Of a stretch of 64,000 nucleotides of DNA, positions 37,100 through 49,750 are shown in pieces. Origin of the DNA: Paecilomyces variotii (Eukaryota). The notes beneath the pieces are model-generated. The model did not search any database, was not told where the DNA came from, and saw nothing but the letters and a program-made list of their open reading frames with translations. The stretch lies in assembly GCA_004022145.1 (NCBI GenBank), contig RCNU01000005.1; one strand, given 5' to 3'. The position numbers were made by a program, and so were the translations under genes. The number at the start of each line of letters is the position of its first letter. Within the stretch, counting starts at the first letter, position 1.

Positions 37100-37754
37100 T
37101 TATAGGTGTATTCCTTCAGCGCTATATGCCCTGAAGAGCATATATAGCTTTCGTTGTCGTCCATTTCAGGTCGTTGTTAACAAGTGTTTTAGAACCACTG
37201 TAGACGTGTAGTCAAAGTATATACGTACACTACATACCTGCCGACTTTTTATTTACCTGACGAAGCCTACCAGGTAATAAAACTCGATCTTCATTTTCCC
37301 ATAACCCCTATGAAAGCATTTGATCGAACATCATCATCTATTGTAAAAAAACAGCCCCAAACAGATCCATACAAAAGTTCTGGTCTGGTCAGAAAATATG
37401 CTTCTTCATTTCATCAACCGGGCTCCAGAAAATGCAATATATAAACTATGCAACCAGCCTGTCAGAGTGACCATGCTCTCTCAAATAGAAAATGCAGGGG
37501 AAGAAGAGAGTTGTTTCTATATTCGGAAAGCTTGGTCATCAAGTAATAACGATCTTCGCTTGTATTCTATCAAAAGCTATTGCTATAGGCGTCATTTCCG
37601 CTTCATGAAGTTAAACAAACATTTCCATCCCACAAGAGGATATGATGGTATAGAGCAAGATGCAGCGAGTCAATGCTCTATTCATCTTTATCAACCAGAT
37701 TCAACGCCAGAGAATGCAATTGCTAAAACTGAAACCAATTCCATGCGCCTCTCG

Positions 37755-40741
37755 TTAAAATGCTAATTCATCATCATCCCAGCCTAACTGCGCGTAGATA
37801 GACTTATCAGGTGTCACAGGGATATTAGGCGGGTTAACTGCAGGACGCCGCGGGCCACTCTTCACCGGAGTATCCAGTACAGGGGCAGGAGAAGAGGGCG
37901 CCACATCTTCCAGGACAAGAGGCCCTCGCGCGCCTTGTCTCGGTGGTGTTTCCTGTATTGCGGAAGGTGTTCCTCCAAATGGCAGCTCTTCGAACAGAGT
38001 ACGAGCATTCGATTGTCGTGATGGGAGAGGTGTGGTAGGTTCAGCATCCATGACAGAGCGAGGCGGGGGTAAGGTTGGCACCTTGAATAAGTTGCCGGAA
38101 TACTTTGAACTTGGTTGTGACTCAGACCCCTCTTTGACCATAGCGACCAAAGGGTTTGACAGCTTGGACATTCCTCGAGATGGCGTCTCCTGGATAGCAT
38201 CGTCATCTTTCTGCCTGACGTTCGGAGTTGGCATGCTCGACTCAGGGGCCTTTGGGGCGTGGCTCGGGCGAACTGTAGAGCCAGGTACAACAGACACGTT
38301 GCTACTGAAGGGCGAAGACTGATTATGTTTGACTGAAGACCGGACGAAGCTTTTAGGCTGCGGCAGTCCACTAGTCATGTCTTTCTTCCTCGACCCTCTA
38401 GGAGTAGCCATGACTTGCACGCCTTGACCCAATGGGTTTCGAACGGGATTCTTCGACTTCCTTGCGCTACCGCTAGAGACACGTCTCTCAGCGGTCTCAG
38501 CAATGTCTTTAGCTACAAGTTCCCGATTAGGTTTCTTCAGAGCGTTGATGGCAGCGTCCAGCTCCTTCTTCTGCTCAATGAGTTTATGCATCTTCTTCAA
38601 CTTCGCCTCGTGCTGTTTTGCGACAGCATTCAGGTCGACCTCACGGTTGTCGACTCGCTTCGGTTTCTGGATACCGCCCCTCACGCTGCTTCCAACTGAC
38701 GTCAAAAATGGCTCCATAGACTCACGCTTGGCATCCTGTACAGAAGGCGCTGTGCTGGATCGTAGAAGAGAGGGCGGCTTCTTCTGTGAGGCGACCTGCT
38801 CGTCTGTCAATACACGTTGTAACGTGCGTCGTGACTTGTGAGGCTGCGGGCGCTTGATTGCTGCTCCGGGTTGGGGTTTGGAAGAACCCTTCGACTGAGG
38901 CGTGGGCCGGACAGGTGACACAGCACTGGGACCGCCGAGCTTCATGACGATTGACTTGCATTGGTCTGGAAGTCGTCCTGCGTAGAATGGTACAATGACT
39001 TCGGCGCAGAAGTCTCGCAGTATATCGCTTTCCACCTTCTTCCCTGAAAGATGGCTCTGCTCATCGGTCTTGACCGAGTCTGCAACAACAGCTTCTTCAA
39101 AGCTAACAGTATGCCAAATGCAGAGCCTGTCAAGAAGGATTTCTAAGAGGACGTTCAAATCCTGCGGCTTCTTTGACTTGGCCTTCTTAGCTGCGTCGTC
39201 AGGCTGGTTTCCAGGGGCGTCTTTTGAACCAGGCTGCTCAGCTGCCTCGAGAGCAATCGTCTCCAGAATCAGCAATATCTGTAGTTGAGTTTCTCGAAGA
39301 CGAAGATCAGCGATGCGTCGCTTTACTTCACCTTCCCTACTCAGCTCTGCAGATGTTGCAGCTTCGGTCACGTTTCGGTTCTTCCACCACTTTTTGACAA
39401 AGTCTTGTTCTTCCGGATATAGACCGTCTTTGCCTAGTTTCTTTTTCTTGCTCTTCCGCTTTTTGGTCCTAGAAGTGGCTTCGTCTTCGGACGATGCCAA
39501 GGCAATATCATTGACCATAGCTGGCAAGGTCTCTCTGTATTTCAGGTCTACTTTCTTGACTGGAAGAATAGCATCCCGGTAGAAGCTGATAAGATCACCA
39601 GCCTTAGCGGAACCATCCTTGGATGTTTGAAACGCCGTACGACAGCGTGTCAAAGGACCTTTTGCAAAGTACGCAACGGACGTCTTCAGGGACGTTAGCT
39701 ACAGTCACATTCCAAGGAAGCAAGATTATCCTCACCTTTGATGCATAAAGAGCCTCTAGATATTGACGCCTGAGACCATCCAGCAGTTCATCCGGCGACT
39801 GCATTGGATCTTGTGTACTATTATCCACGACGTCGTCAAAACTCGTGGACTGGAACGGCTGTATCCCAATCTCTTGTTCTTCAGGAGGCGTTGGCACATC
39901 CTGCGAAGCACCGAAGCTGTTTTCCAAGAGTGCCAGATCTGACGAAGAATGATTCTTACGATCCTGGAAAACATCACAGCTCTGGGATACAGACAGATGT
40001 GAATCGTCTGCACCTTCGGCGCCCGCGAGATCCTCTGCTCTTGAGTCGAACACGAGTGATACATCAAGCATGATGCCCTTGGCAGAGGAGCCAAACTCAA
40101 AGACAGCATTATCATCGATCTTTGCAACTTCCCACCATTCGCATGTGCTATTATCCCGGGAGAATTCGTCCCTGGCCTCTTGAGTCGAGGCGTCAGGCCT
40201 ACGCCACCCCTTCGCAGCGACGAACAGGTCTCCTTCCTCCACCCAGCGTGCCAACCTACAAACAGCATATATACCCCGTTTTACCCGTTCTATAACGCAC
40301 AATCCGGAATCATGACCAAATCGCGCGACTAGAACGACGGGTTCTTTTTGTGCACTTAGATCATCTTCGAGGTCGGGAATGTTGGCCATGAATAGCTGCC
40401 CGGCTTGAATATCGGGATTCTCCAAGGACACGTCCAGCCATGATAGAGGTAACCGCGATCGAGGAAGAAGGACGACAGACTCCAAGGTCAGTGATTTGCC
40501 AAATGAAGAAGCGTCATGGACCTGGTAGTGATACCTCGAGTTAGCAAGGGAGAGCAGAAACGGTGACCAGACTCGTCCAGGAAAGATGACGAACCCTAAT
40601 CGTGAATTGAGAGGTAGACCATTCTCCCTGGGTGTCATGATCCAATTTTCTTTTCTTGAACGGCGGAGGGGGACCGTAGAGTTTGTTCAAAGCATTCAAG
40701 CTCGTGGATTCGAGAACGCTCAAAGATCCACGTGAAGCCAT
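37755..40741 (-). CDS. SLD3: DNA replication regulator Sld3
   Basis: Spliced (introns 40594-40522 and 39735-39684). YLEALYASK|TSVAYFAKGPL, LRLRETQLQILLILE, LLDRLCIW and FCAEVIVPFY; many TP/SP sites in the C-terminus. Confidence 0.88.
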
Positions 40742-41140
40742 TAACGCGTCTGAAAACAATTGCGCATTCCGGAAACAAAACGAGAAATTGCTTGAAACAG
40801 GGAAAAAAGCGACAGGAAGCTTATCAGAACGATAATGACATATACAATGGAGTGTCTGGTCGATGCGGAGTTCTCTCTGATATCGTGAGGTTTATCAGCC
40901 CGCAACGCCAACGCCAATTCTGGCGTCGCGCGTCGTGGTCAATGCGCAGATTTCTATTACTACTCCCCGGCCATAGTTAGTTAGTTACACCTGGAAGCCC
41001 AACACTGCTCAAGTCACGGCTACATCAATTTGCTACAACAATGGACAAAAAGAACAAGGCTTGAGCAATGATTATATTTTTATTTCTTATGCCAATTCTG
41101 GGATTGGCTACCCTGTCTCTTCGTTGCTGTTGAAGTAGAA

Positions 41141-41217
41141 AGGTCGACAATACCACTACAGGCCCCTTGAGGGTATATGCCCTGTAGGATACGACCTCGC
41201 CGCTTCCTTTCGAAGCG
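41141..41217 (-). other. Stem-loop cluster in the probable SAM synthetase 3' UTR
   Basis: Sense-strand helices CGCUUC/GAAGCG, then AGGUCG/CGACCU, UAUC/GGUA, CUACAGG/CCUGUAG and CCCU/GGGG. AATAAA lies downstream at 41084-41079. Confidence 0.55.
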
Positions 41218-41528
41218 ATTCACACACGTAGACCATAGAGGCCTCGCTGCGAAAACTCTGCTCTAAATACAGGTTATAGTCTAGGAAAATCTAAGCCAAA
41301 AGGAGACAAAGGTGTTGAAAACTTTCGCTCCTTGTAACGCCATCAATCCCATGCCAGCCAGTGAAAGTGGTATCATGTTGAATTTTTCGTCACACCCATC
41401 TCATACGGGCTCAAATGCGGGAAAATAAAAGCAATACAGAGACTTTTTTGGGGTCTATTGTTGTGCTTTGAGTTGTTGAAAACAAAGCAAATTCATCATA
41501 CTCATCACAGAACCGCCCCAGCAGACGC

Positions 41529-42926
41529 TTAGAACTGCAGGGTCTTGGGCTTCTCCCAGGGGAAGCTCTGGTCAGTGAAGTGACCGTTCTTGGCGGTCTT
41601 GAAGTAGATGGGCTTGGCCAGGTCAAGCTCCTTCACGATGACACCAGGACGGAGGTCAAAGTTCTTGCGGATGATCGCGACCAGCTCGTCGGAGCTCTTG
41701 TCGGAGGTACCGTAGGTCTCGACGAAGATGGAGAGGGGCTCAGCAACACCAATGGCGTACGAGAGCTGGACAAGGACACGACGGGCCAGCTTGGCGTTGA
41801 CCAGGGACTTGGCGATCCATCGGGCAACGTAGGCAGCGGAACGGTCGACCTTGGAGTAGTCCTTTCCGGAGAAGGCACCACCACCGTGGGCACCCCATCC
41901 ACCGTAGGTGTCAACGATGATCTTACGACCGGTCAGACCGGCGTCACCCTGGGGACCACCGATGATGAACAGACCAGAGGGCTGCAGGTGGTAGACAGTG
42001 CGGTCATCGAGCAGGTTGGCGGGGATGACCTTCTCGATGATCTTCTCCTTGAGCTCCTTGCGGACAGTCTCGGTGTCAACGTCAGGAGCGTGCTGAGCGG
42101 AGATGACGACGGTGTCAACGCGAAGGGGCTTGACAGCACCGTTGTCGTGGGCGTACTCGATGGTGACCTGGGTCTTGGTGTCAGGGCGCAGCCAGGGGAC
42201 AGTGCCATCGACACGGGCCTGCTTCATGGCGGAGTTCAGCTTGTGGGACAGCAGAAGGGTCAGGGGCAGCAGCTCCGGAGTCTCATCGGTAGCGTAGCCG
42301 AACATGATACCCTGGTCACCGGCACCAAGCTTCTCGAGAGCCTCGTCGTAGTGCAGACCCTGAGCAATGTCGGGCGACTGCTGCTCGATGGCAACGAGAA
42401 CGTTGCAGGTCTTGTAGTCGAAGCCCTTGGAGGAGTCATCGTAGCCAATGTCCTGAATGGCACCACGGATGATCTTCTGGTAGTCCAGATGGGCCTTGGT
42501 GGTGATCTCACCAAAGACCATGACCATACCTAAAATCCATGTTAGGAATCTCTTTATTATATTCCAATAAACATGTAGGTTCATTTTTTTTTCTACGTAC
42601 CAGTCTTGGTTGCGGTCTCACAGGCAACCTGTAAGCAAGATATGGTTAATATCAAGCGGTCATCTTTACGCTATGAAGATACGGGATCAAAATCGCCGGC
42701 AGTACCTTAGAGAGGGGGTCCTCCGCCAGACAGGCATCCAGGACAGCATCCGAGACCTGGTCACTGTGGATGAACATATCAGCATTGGTCAATTCGTCGA
42801 ATGAAGCCCAATCCAGGGGGTTTCATTGAGTGGCAGGTCTACTCACGCAATCTTATCGGGGTGACCCTCACCGACCGACTCGGAGGTAAAGAGGAAAGTC
42901 CCCTTCGGCGTAGCGGTGCTGCCCAT
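41529..42926 (-). CDS. sasA: S-adenosylmethionine synthetase
   Basis: [29 protein letters not shown] and GGGAFSGKD signatures. Exons 42926-42847, 42763-42706, 42628-42601 and 42529-41529. Strong codon bias. Confidence 0.98.
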
Positions 42927-43104
42927 TGTGATGGATGAAAAGCTCAACGGAACTGTCCAAAAGGAAGAAACCAAAGGGTCAAGAAAGCCTGGATGAACGA
43001 GCCGGGAGGGGAAAAAGAGAGGAAGAAAAAGATCGGGGGGCGCTTGGTCGGCCACAGGTGGGGGTGATCGCGGCGTATTTATGTGGAAAGAGTTTTGCCT
43101 ATGG

Positions 43105-43114
43105 ATGGCGCCAT
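43105..43114. promoter_or_regulatory. CYS3/MetR-type bZIP site ATGGCGCCAT in the sasA/GPN3 divergent promoter
   Basis: Perfect palindrome matching ATGRYRYCAT, ~180 bp upstream of the SAM synthetase ATG and just upstream of a minus-strand CATAAATA. Confidence 0.7.
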
Positions 43115-43420
43115 GTCTGGGCGGTCAGGGCAGGCAGAATGACACCGCCGGCAGATGGGCTGGAAAATCTGCCCGGGCCTCGTGCTGCCAGACGCGCCGG
43201 TGATACGAGCGTCTTTCAGGACGGCCTCCGCGCATCGGAACACTTGCAGTTCTAGAGTCTTTTGCTACTACTGCTCGACTACTACTAGATAACTAACTGT
43301 TTCTTCTGATTATTATCCTCTCCGATACTCAACCCGATCTCCTGCTCTTCCTCCCCGCCCCCCTGCTGATCTCTACCCCACACCCCACCTCGTTTCTTTT
43401 GCTGTCGAAAAGTTGAAGCC

Positions 43421-44299
43421 ATGTCGAAATTTGGAGTCCTGGTGATGGGCCCCGCGGGCGCCGGCAAGACGACATTCTGCAGCGCAGTGATCCAGCACCT
43501 GCAAAACACCAGAAGAAGCTGTTTCTACGTCAATTTAGATCCCGCCGCAGAGACCTTCAGCTATGAACCCGACCTGGATATCCGCGAGCTCATTACGTTG
43601 GAGGACGTCATGGAAGAGCTCGGGCTAGGTCCCAACGGCGGCCTGATCTATTGTTTCGAATTCCTCTTGCAGAATCTCGACTTCCTCACACAAGCGCTGG
43701 ATCCTCTGAGTGAGGAATATCTAATTATCTTCGATATGCCGGGCCAGATCGAGCTTTATACGCACGTCCCCTTATTACCGTCGCTGGTAAATTTCCTCTC
43801 GCGCGCCGGTCCCTTGAATATCTCACTATGCGCTGCATATCTCCTCGAGAGCACGTTCGTCGTCGACAAGGCCAAGTTCTTCGCGGGAACACTCAGCGCC
43901 ATGTCCGCAATGATCATGCTCGAGATGCCGCACGTCAATATCTTGACCAAGATGGATCAGATCAAGGACGTCATCACACGACGGGAACTGAAACGATTCG
44001 CCAATGTCGATGTGCAACTCCTGCAGGATGAATTTACAGAGGCGGAAGAGGTGGAGAGTGATCCGTCCGGAACAGGTGCACTGTTGAGCGGTGGTTCGTT
44101 CAAGCGGTTGAATCGCGCAGTGGGTCAGTTGATCGACGACTTCAGCATGGTTTCTTTCCTTCAACTAGATGTCCAGGATGAAGACAGCGTTGCGGCGGTA
44201 CTCAGTTATATTGACGATGCGACTCAATTCCACGAGGCGCAGGAGCCGAAAGAACCGGGTAATGAGCAGGAAGTTGACTGGGAAGATGCCGACGTATGA
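43421..44299 (+). CDS. GPN3: GPN-loop GTPase 3
   Basis: GPAGAGKTT, VNLDPA, LGPNGGLIYC and FDMPGQIELYTH; single exon of 292 aa. Confidence 0.93.
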   Translation: MSKFGVLVMGPAGAGKTTFCSAVIQHLQNTRRSCFYVNLDPAAETFSYEPDLDIRELITLEDVMEELGLGPNGGLIYCFEFLLQNLDFLTQALDPLSEEYLIIFDMPGQIELYTHVPLLPSLVNFLSRAGPLNISLCAAYLLESTFVVDKAKFFAGTLSAMSAMIMLEMPHVNILTKMDQIKDVITRRELKRFANVDVQLLQDEFTEAEEVESDPSGTGALLSGGSFKRLNRAVGQLIDDFSMVSFLQLDVQDEDSVAAVLSYIDDATQFHEAQEPKEPGNEQEVDWEDADV

Positions 44300-44895
44300 G
44301 CTTTTCTTTACGAGAAGTGAAATCTCTATCAAACGGGAAGACGAATACGAGCTCGAAAAACTGCGCCAAGACGGTCGAGGTGCTGCCTTTGCACTGTTAT
44401 GAGCAAGAGAAAAAGACCACGACTTCTAGCATGTGCAGCTCATGAGCCGAACTCAATTTGAGCGGCTACTCTCTAGCTAAAGCCTGGTCGGCGCAGCTGC
44501 TCCTTAGAATGATCGACAGAAGAATGGCAATTAGCTGAGCCATCTATATCTGAGAGATGAAACAGGCCGGGATCTATGATCTCGTCTCATGATATGCCCG
44601 ATTGGCGACGGGAGATCAGCATGGGAGAGCCACTGATATCACATCTCGATTGTGGAAGACATCTCAAAATCGCAAAATAGCCCACTGGCAGAATGAATAA
44701 ATCTAATGAATATCCTATAGACCTATAGACCATTCGAGCTTCCGGAAAACAATCAACTCCTGCTCTGAGAACCTCAAAACCAAACTTCCGTAGCTCATCA
44801 TGTATTCATAAACAGCCAACAACGCTCATAAAAAAATTCATAATCCAACGCGCCCATTCTGGACATTATGCCTTCAATAAAAAGTCTACCAATCA

Positions 44896-45498
44896 TCACC
44901 ATCCCCTTCCTGTCTTCTTTCCATACCCACTCCTCGAATCCCGTCCATACCGCTGCTTCCCAGCTCCTCCATATCCATACCCATATCCACCTCCATACTT
45001 CCCCCCATTCGCAGCATGGCTACTGCCATTCTGCACTAAATCCTCAACAAACCCCTCCGCGATACCCCACAACCATCCCAGATCCTTAACAGTCTTCTCC
45101 ACACCCACAGTATAAACATAATACGCCACCCCGATCACAGTTCCCCAAAACACCAACCGGAACGCTAGCGTGATCCAAAAGACGATAACACGGCGCGCAT
45201 AGTCGAGGACTTTGAGGGAGATGAGCAAGATGAGCGCGAGGAGAAACACGGATACGAGGTCGGGGGTGGAAGAAGCGAGGAGAGAAGAGAGGGGTTGGAT
45301 GATGTATGGTTCGAGATAGCTGGTGCGGATCGAAGAGAGGTGCCCGGATGTGAGTGTTTGGATGTTTTTCATGGATGAGATTCGAAGGTATGGGATGATT
45401 TGCTCTGTGGAGATTTCGTTTGGATCGTTAGTGAGTGAGTGCTTTGTGGTTTGATGGTTTGAGGAGGGTAGATGGGACTCACCTTGTAGGTAATCCAT
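44896..45498 (-). CDS. Apq12-like nuclear envelope membrane protein
   Basis: PDLVSVFLLALILLISLKVLDYARRVIVFWITLAFRLVFW with two hydrophobic segments and a Gly/Tyr-rich tail. Intron 45482-45405 (GTGAGT...ACTAAC...CCACAG, 78 nt, in frame). Confidence 0.75.
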   Translation of the reverse strand: MDYLQGESHLPSSNHQTTKHSLTNDPNEISTEQIIPYLRISSMKNIQTLTSGHLSSIRTSYLEPYIIQPLSSLLASSTPDLVSVFLLALILLISLKVLDYARRVIVFWITLAFRLVFWGTVIGVAYYVYTVGVEKTVKDLGWLWGIAEGFVEDLVQNGSSHAANGGKYGGGYGYGYGGAGKQRYGRDSRSGYGKKTGRGW

Positions 45499-46403
45499 GA
45501 TGGAAATGAAGGTAGGTAGGTGGATAGACGATTTCGTATTGAAGTCGCGAACGACGGCTCAGGAGTCAGAATAAATGGACTCGCGACGAGCTTGCTAAAT
45601 CGCTAGAGTGCGTTCGCAGTATTTTTTGAGGATTTTACCCCGGATCGTCGCAAAGGTTCCCCGAAACGCGAAGCTGATCTCTTTCCACCAGAGACGGGTC
45701 TAATTAAAGGAATAACACGGAAGACTCGACGCGGTTCCTGAAAAAATTGGAATCGTAACAAATTCACCAGTGGCCAGAATAGGACAAAAAGCTGTATCTT
45801 ATATCGAGTAGCGCGTGTTGTCCCAACAACAGTTCCGAGTCGAAGCTGTGCCGCGGCGCAGGAAAGCGGCGCTCGGACAGCGGCCGTCCAGTACGCAATA
45901 GAACTGGGGCTTATGGTAGATGCTAGTCTGCCTTTGATATCCCGTTCGGGGTAAGACCAGACGAGGTATCAAAAAGATGGCTCTTCTTCTAGAGGGAACT
46001 CTCCGTCTTACCTGTAGAAGCACGAATGAGGGGGTTGAAGTGGGATGGCAACTTGACTCCGATGCATTTGGATGCCGCATTAGGTAGATGCAAAGCAGAC
46101 AAACACATTTCAGCATCAGCACAAGGGAAAGGATTCAGCATGGTCATCGCCATCAATAATATTCTCTATTTGATAAAGCATATGGGTAAGAAATTACTTA
46201 AGCGGTCGCAATAACTAAATCAGTCTAAAATGAGGTTCGTTTCATTGTTATGTCTATGCGACATTATGCTGCTTGTATCTCGCATCAGAACACAATAACT
46301 CCACCGATTCTTTCCAAAACGCGCCAAAATGCAATGCGACAGGTTCAAGCAATAGACATGAACAGTTATAATTCTATATGCAATAGTTGTTTCTGCACCA
46401 GCT

Positions 46404-49236
46404 CTACCAGCCAAACGCCTCTTCAAAGTATTCAACCCCTGAATACCCTTCCTTCAATGCTTGATGAACAGCAAGTCGCGCTTCGTCGGCCATTCCCCCG
46501 GGGCCGCAGACGAGGACTGCCGTCTTACCTGCATATAAACCTGTCGGACCTGATTCCCGGACAATGCCTAGAATAATAGATCTAATATCGGGCCGTCCCG
46601 ACACAATCTTCAAGTTGGAGTCTTCTTGTAAGAGCTTGGTGTTCTCGGTGGGCATCACGATATTCGTCTCATCCCCAGCAGAAGCATCTGTCTTTGGTGG
46701 TTCAGGGTCCCTTGTGGCATAGAATCTTGCATCGAAACCCTTGCGCCCAAGTGCTGGTCGAAGCTCACGACATCCGATCTCATGAAGAATGGCGCGTTGT
46801 CGGGCTGTCCATACTAGGGTTACGTTACGGGTCCTCGTTGTCTTGTTGCCCGCTGGAAGGTTTGTCTCTGCATTAAGAAGTGTCGCTGACGATGACGAGG
46901 ATATGGGTGCGCATTCAGTAATAGCTTCTGAAGAGTGTGATGGAGTGCTGAGAATATGCTCTTCAATATAGGGCAGGACACCTGCAACGCCGCTTCCACC
47001 AGCTATAAAGATAACATTCTCATAATGACGGGTCGGCGATGTATGACCATAAGGTCCTTCGATAAGGAATGTAGATTCTAATCGACAGCCCGGAGAACGG
47101 AGGCACTCGTCTCGAAGACGCTTGGTCCAACCATCGAACGGCCGGATCCAGAAGACGAGCTTGCGACGAGCAGGAAGAAAGCTTTCTCCCGAGCCAAAAG
47201 TCAATGAAGACTCCTCAGTTTCACTGCATGAATTTGGATTAGCATGACATATCTCCAACTCTGATTGTTCCTCTAAGTCTCTGAGCGGTACTGGTGATGA
47301 TGAATTCTCGATTACCGACATTTCATTGTTATCAGTTGTCCAAGCTCCCAGTGTGAAGGGATGGCTCTCGTAGCCTCTCCACTTCAGAGGCTGGTAGATG
47401 TAGTAATGTTCCCCAGGCTTGGGTTCAAGCTTGGGGTTTCCAGCAGCGACCTCCAGTCTGACCATATCCGAGGCTTTGTTGTAGGACACTCTTCCTCTCG
47501 TGCGCATTATGAAATTGCGAGAAAGCCGAACATGGATGTTGCAGTAGGCCAGACGCACGATGCGAGCAAATCGATCGAGTAACCACACGATGACAACCGG
47601 CCATAGGTATATATCATATTCTCCACTGAATATAGCTGTGTGGCTGTAGAAACAAGTCAGATACATTATATTGTGGCATGAAAGGAAGGAAGGAAGGAGA
47701 ACCTACACAAATAATGCCCCTATGCATACAAAAGAGAAAGATATGTGGATTATCAGAAATAATTCGTAGTAATGTTTTCGAAGATATATCGAGGAGAAAA
47801 GAAGCAAGAGGCCCATGCATACGGTGGCCTATTTATTCATTAGCAATCTTTTTTCCAGTCTGGACAGCTGATACCTTCCGCACAATCGATGAGAAGGAGA
47901 CATACCACAATGCCCATGTACCACCATGGCATAGGAAGATAGATAAAATATGTATGTTCTGTAATCAAGTTAACGCACAATCCACAAGTATCTGCTTATT
48001 ATAGCACTTATCTAGACTTACTGTTCGCAGTTTGGATCGTGTATCCGATTGAGTGAACAATAGCCTGAATCGTCGCAACACGCGCAATAGTCCGATGAAA
48101 CAGGTTGAAGGTTGAGAATTTCCAACCCGTCGCCCAAATGAATGGATTGTTGCGCCCGCCAAACAACCACAGTAGGCAGAGGTTCGCATATGACAAGATG
48201 CCGGTCCTGTCAGACACGTACCGCCACATCTGTTCCCAGGGATCTTGCCAGCTGTGACGTCTAAGTTAATCGTCCGCTCAAAGGCATCGGAAACTTACTA
48301 GAGATTTCCCTCAAATATATCATAACTTAAAATCGTGAAAAGAAAGCTCATCGTATAATATACGACAATTGGCACAGCTTCCATACGAGTGGGAATCGTA
48401 CAGTAATAAAAGAGACGCTGATGATGGGAACCAAAAGCTGGAGGGATAACAAAGTGTGTTCTCACAGAGTGATAGACTCCCCCTAAAAGACGGTTGCAGC
48501 CATCGCGGATAGCATGTAGTGATTTGGAGCTCCTCTCCACGTCCCATTTCGAAGGCTCCACTTGGGAGTAAAACAAGTGGTATAATGCATTGTTTACTAT
48601 ACCGAAGAGGAGCACCGTACCCCAGAACCAATATGTTGCAGCACTGCATGCAAATCAATAAACGAGATCGCTAGTCCGACCGCCAGAGATTATACATACC
48701 CATATACGCGGTGCATACGAGCAACAAGAGACCAAGCAGCCTAAAACAGTTAGATCGCAGCACTCCCATCTGAAGATCACAGTACTAACATTTGTCCTAA
48801 AAGCGGCTTCAAAGTATGCCCTTGAAATCAGAACCGGACTGTCTAGCTCCACAGCTTTCGAGACCTCTTGGTATTCCACCACTCTCAACCCTCGAATATA
48901 TTCATCCGTGAGTTCGGGTTCAATCTCAGAATAGGGCGTACGGGCAAGATCCCCTTGGCACGGCTCATTGATATGTGCGATCCCGGCTTGGATTTCAGAC
49001 GGTGAGCAGTAGACCTTCGCTGCGGCGTAGATGGACCGCGTTCGCAGAGCATTCTTGCATGAGTTGACGAGCCACGGTTGGGAATGAGAACCGTTGAAGG
49101 AAAGCCGGCTGTAAGCTTCAAATATCGATTCCACGCATCTTTCTTGGTTTGTGGCTTCATCTGCTGACACCAGAATGCCACATGTCAAGGCGAGGAGGAT
49201 CAGAAGTCTTGAGAACATCTTCCTACCAGACAGCAT
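46404..49236 (-). CDS. Ferric/cupric reductase transmembrane component (FRE family)
   Basis: Signal peptide and Cys-rich N-domain. [33 protein letters not shown] (FAD), [23 protein letters not shown] and EEAFGW. Six GT-AG introns join in frame. Confidence 0.93.
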
Positions 49237-49711
49237 AGGAAGTCGAAGGATTAGAGGGATGTTATGCCGTTTCGTGCTCCCAGAGTTGATAGAAGGTCAG
49301 TTTTATTGTAAAGGAGGGATATCGGCTTTCTAGAGACCATGGCCTCGTGCCACACATCTGTCCAAACCCGTGAAGCTCTCAGTCGATAAGCAAACACGCG
49401 GATCGAAGAGACACTGCGTCGCTGACGGTGAGGAGGATAAGACGGTAGCAATCAAATACCGGGAATCGCATCTCAAGGATTCAGCGAGGTGTTCAAGCCT
49501 CCGGTCTGAAGAGAGATGGAAGAGAAGTGGGAGCCAGACAGACGGTCTCTGGTGGCATGTTTCTCCGTCCATAGCGAATGCCAACAGGTCCACTGGCCCA
49601 CTTGCTCGTTGCTTTTAAGCGGCGATTCGCGTGTTCAGCTGGATGTTCATCGCTGCCCGGACTGATTGGAGGGGCTACCGGGGCCACGCGGACCCTAAGT
49701 GCGCTAGCGGC

Positions 49712-49750
49712 ATCAGATAACCCTATCTCTTGATCAGCAGGATCTGATAA
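49712..49750. promoter_or_regulatory. Two SreA-type iron-repression motifs (ATCWGATAA)
   Basis: ATCAGATAA at 49712-49720 and ATCTGATAA at 49742-49750, plus a near-match ATCTGACAA at 49797-49805, about 0.5 kb upstream of the ferric reductase ATG. Confidence 0.8.

Noticed and set aside
41580..42533. 317-aa plus-strand ORF antisense to SAM synthetase
   Set aside because: Shadow ORF expected from the strong codon bias of a highly expressed gene (few TTA/CTA/TCA codons); no independent motifs.
42621..42636. UUACAG at the SAM synthetase intron 2 acceptor as a METTL16/METT-10-type splice switch
   Set aside because: The following bases are GUUG, not the ARAA/AAAC of the animal motif, and no enclosing hairpin is evident.
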